In this document: positions 63,187 to 64,000 of the stretch, one piece after another
How the letters are laid out: every line of letters begins with the position of its first letter
Numbering within the stretch: position 1 is the first letter of the stretch
Source of the DNA: Candidatus Babeliales bacterium
Lineage (GTDB): Bacteria > Babelota > Babeliae > Babelales > JANWKD01
Assembly: GCA_963722255.1 (NCBI GenBank)
Contig: CAVRJO010000002.1
Span: 288,001 to 352,000, forward strand
DNA: 64,000 bases
Direction of reading: 5' to 3'
Position numbers and translations under genes: made by a program
Notes under the pieces: generated by a model
Databases searched by the model: none
What the model was told of the DNA's origin: nothing
Seen by the model: only the letters and a program-made list of their open reading frames with translations

Positions 63187-64000
63187 TTACACAGGAGCTG
63201 ATGATGATCCGGTTGAAGAAGTTGAACCAGCAGGAGTTGACCCTGAGCTTCCATTTTTCTTGTTAATAGAATCAAAAAACTCAGCATTTGTTTTATGCTT
63301 CTTCATCTTATCAATTAAGAATTCCATACCTTCCACAGTATTCATAGTTGCCAAGAATTTTCGTAAAATCCATGATTTGTTGAGTTCATCAGGCGACAAC
63401 AAGAGATCTTCCCTTCTTGTTCCAGAAATAAGTACATCAAATGCAGGAAATAGTCGGCGATTTGCTAATTTACGGCTCAGATGCATTTCCATATTACCGG
63501 TACCCTTGAACTCTTCATAGATCACTTCGTCCATTCTGGAACCAGTTTCAATAAGAGCGGTTGCGATAATAGTTAATGAACCACCTTCTTCAGTATTTCG
63601 AGCAGCACCAAAAAATCTTTTAGGGCGTTGCAATGCATTTGCATCGATACCACCAGTAAGAATTTTACCTGAAGCCGGAGCCGTTGTATTATATGCACGA
63701 GCTAAACGTGTTATTGCATCAAGAACAATTACTACATCCTTACCAACTTCAACAAATCTTTTAGCCTTTTCAAGAACCAGCTCTGCAACTTGTACATGTC
63801 GTTCTGCTGCTTCATCAAAAGTTGAACTAATTACCTCTGCATTATGCCCTTTAATTGAACGTCGCATATCTGAAACTTCTTCAGGACGTTCATCAATTAA
63901 AAGCACAATAAGATATATTTCAGGATGATTTGCCAAAATTGTCTGAGCAATTTCTTTCAACAGAACTGTTTTACCCGCTTTTGGTGGCGCAACAATCAAA
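63187..64000 (-). CDS. rho: Transcription termination factor Rho (5' part outside window)
   Basis: [43 protein letters not shown]. Confidence 0.97.
   Translation of the reverse strand, partial: LIVAPPKAGKTVLLKEIAQTILANHPEIYLIVLLIDERPEEVSDMRRSIKGHNAEVISSTFDEAAERHVQVAELVLEKAKRFVEVGKDVVIVLDAITRLARAYNTTAPASGKILTGGIDANALQRPKRFFGAARNTEEGGSLTIIATALIETGSRMDEVIYEEFKGTGNMEMHLSRKLANRRLFPAFDVLISGTRREDLLLSPDELNKSWILRKFLATMNTVEGMEFLIDKMKKHKTNAEFFDSINKKNGSSGSTPAGSTSSTGSSSAPV

Overview
AT-rich bacterial chromosome segment. Its gene content (many signal-peptide ankyrin/F-box/LRR proteins, Skp, split atp genes, TrmD-SPOUT fusion) suggests an intracellular parasite of protists, most likely Candidatus Babelota (Dependentiae/TM6). 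That assignment is inference, not a database result. Housekeeping islands (ffh-rpsP-khpA-trmD, hflX, uvrD/pcrA, dps, skp, pth, atpD-atpC, ctpA, cdaA-like/cdaR-like/glmM, SPFH-NfeD, trhO, murB, rho) are interspersed with about 30 putative exported proteins. Five IS copies (2x IS5, IS630, 2x apparently identical IS3) each sit inside a putative exported-protein gene, and most empty sites can be rebuilt by eye. Main observations: (1) about 19 mostly unrelated effector-like proteins carry Met directly after the predicted signal-peptidase site; (2) many carry F-box-like motifs, and one IS-split gene rebuilds as a Skp1/BTB-like-LRR-TM protein; (3) an unannotated three-gene operon encodes tiny His/Lys-rich proteins; (4) the CdaA homologue lacks both catalytic motifs inside an intact operon; (5) one base apparently breaks both genes of a MazEF-type pair. 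No rRNA, tRNA, CRISPR or reverse transcriptase was recognised. A cluster of single-base indels at 21.0-22.6 kb is probably assembly error.
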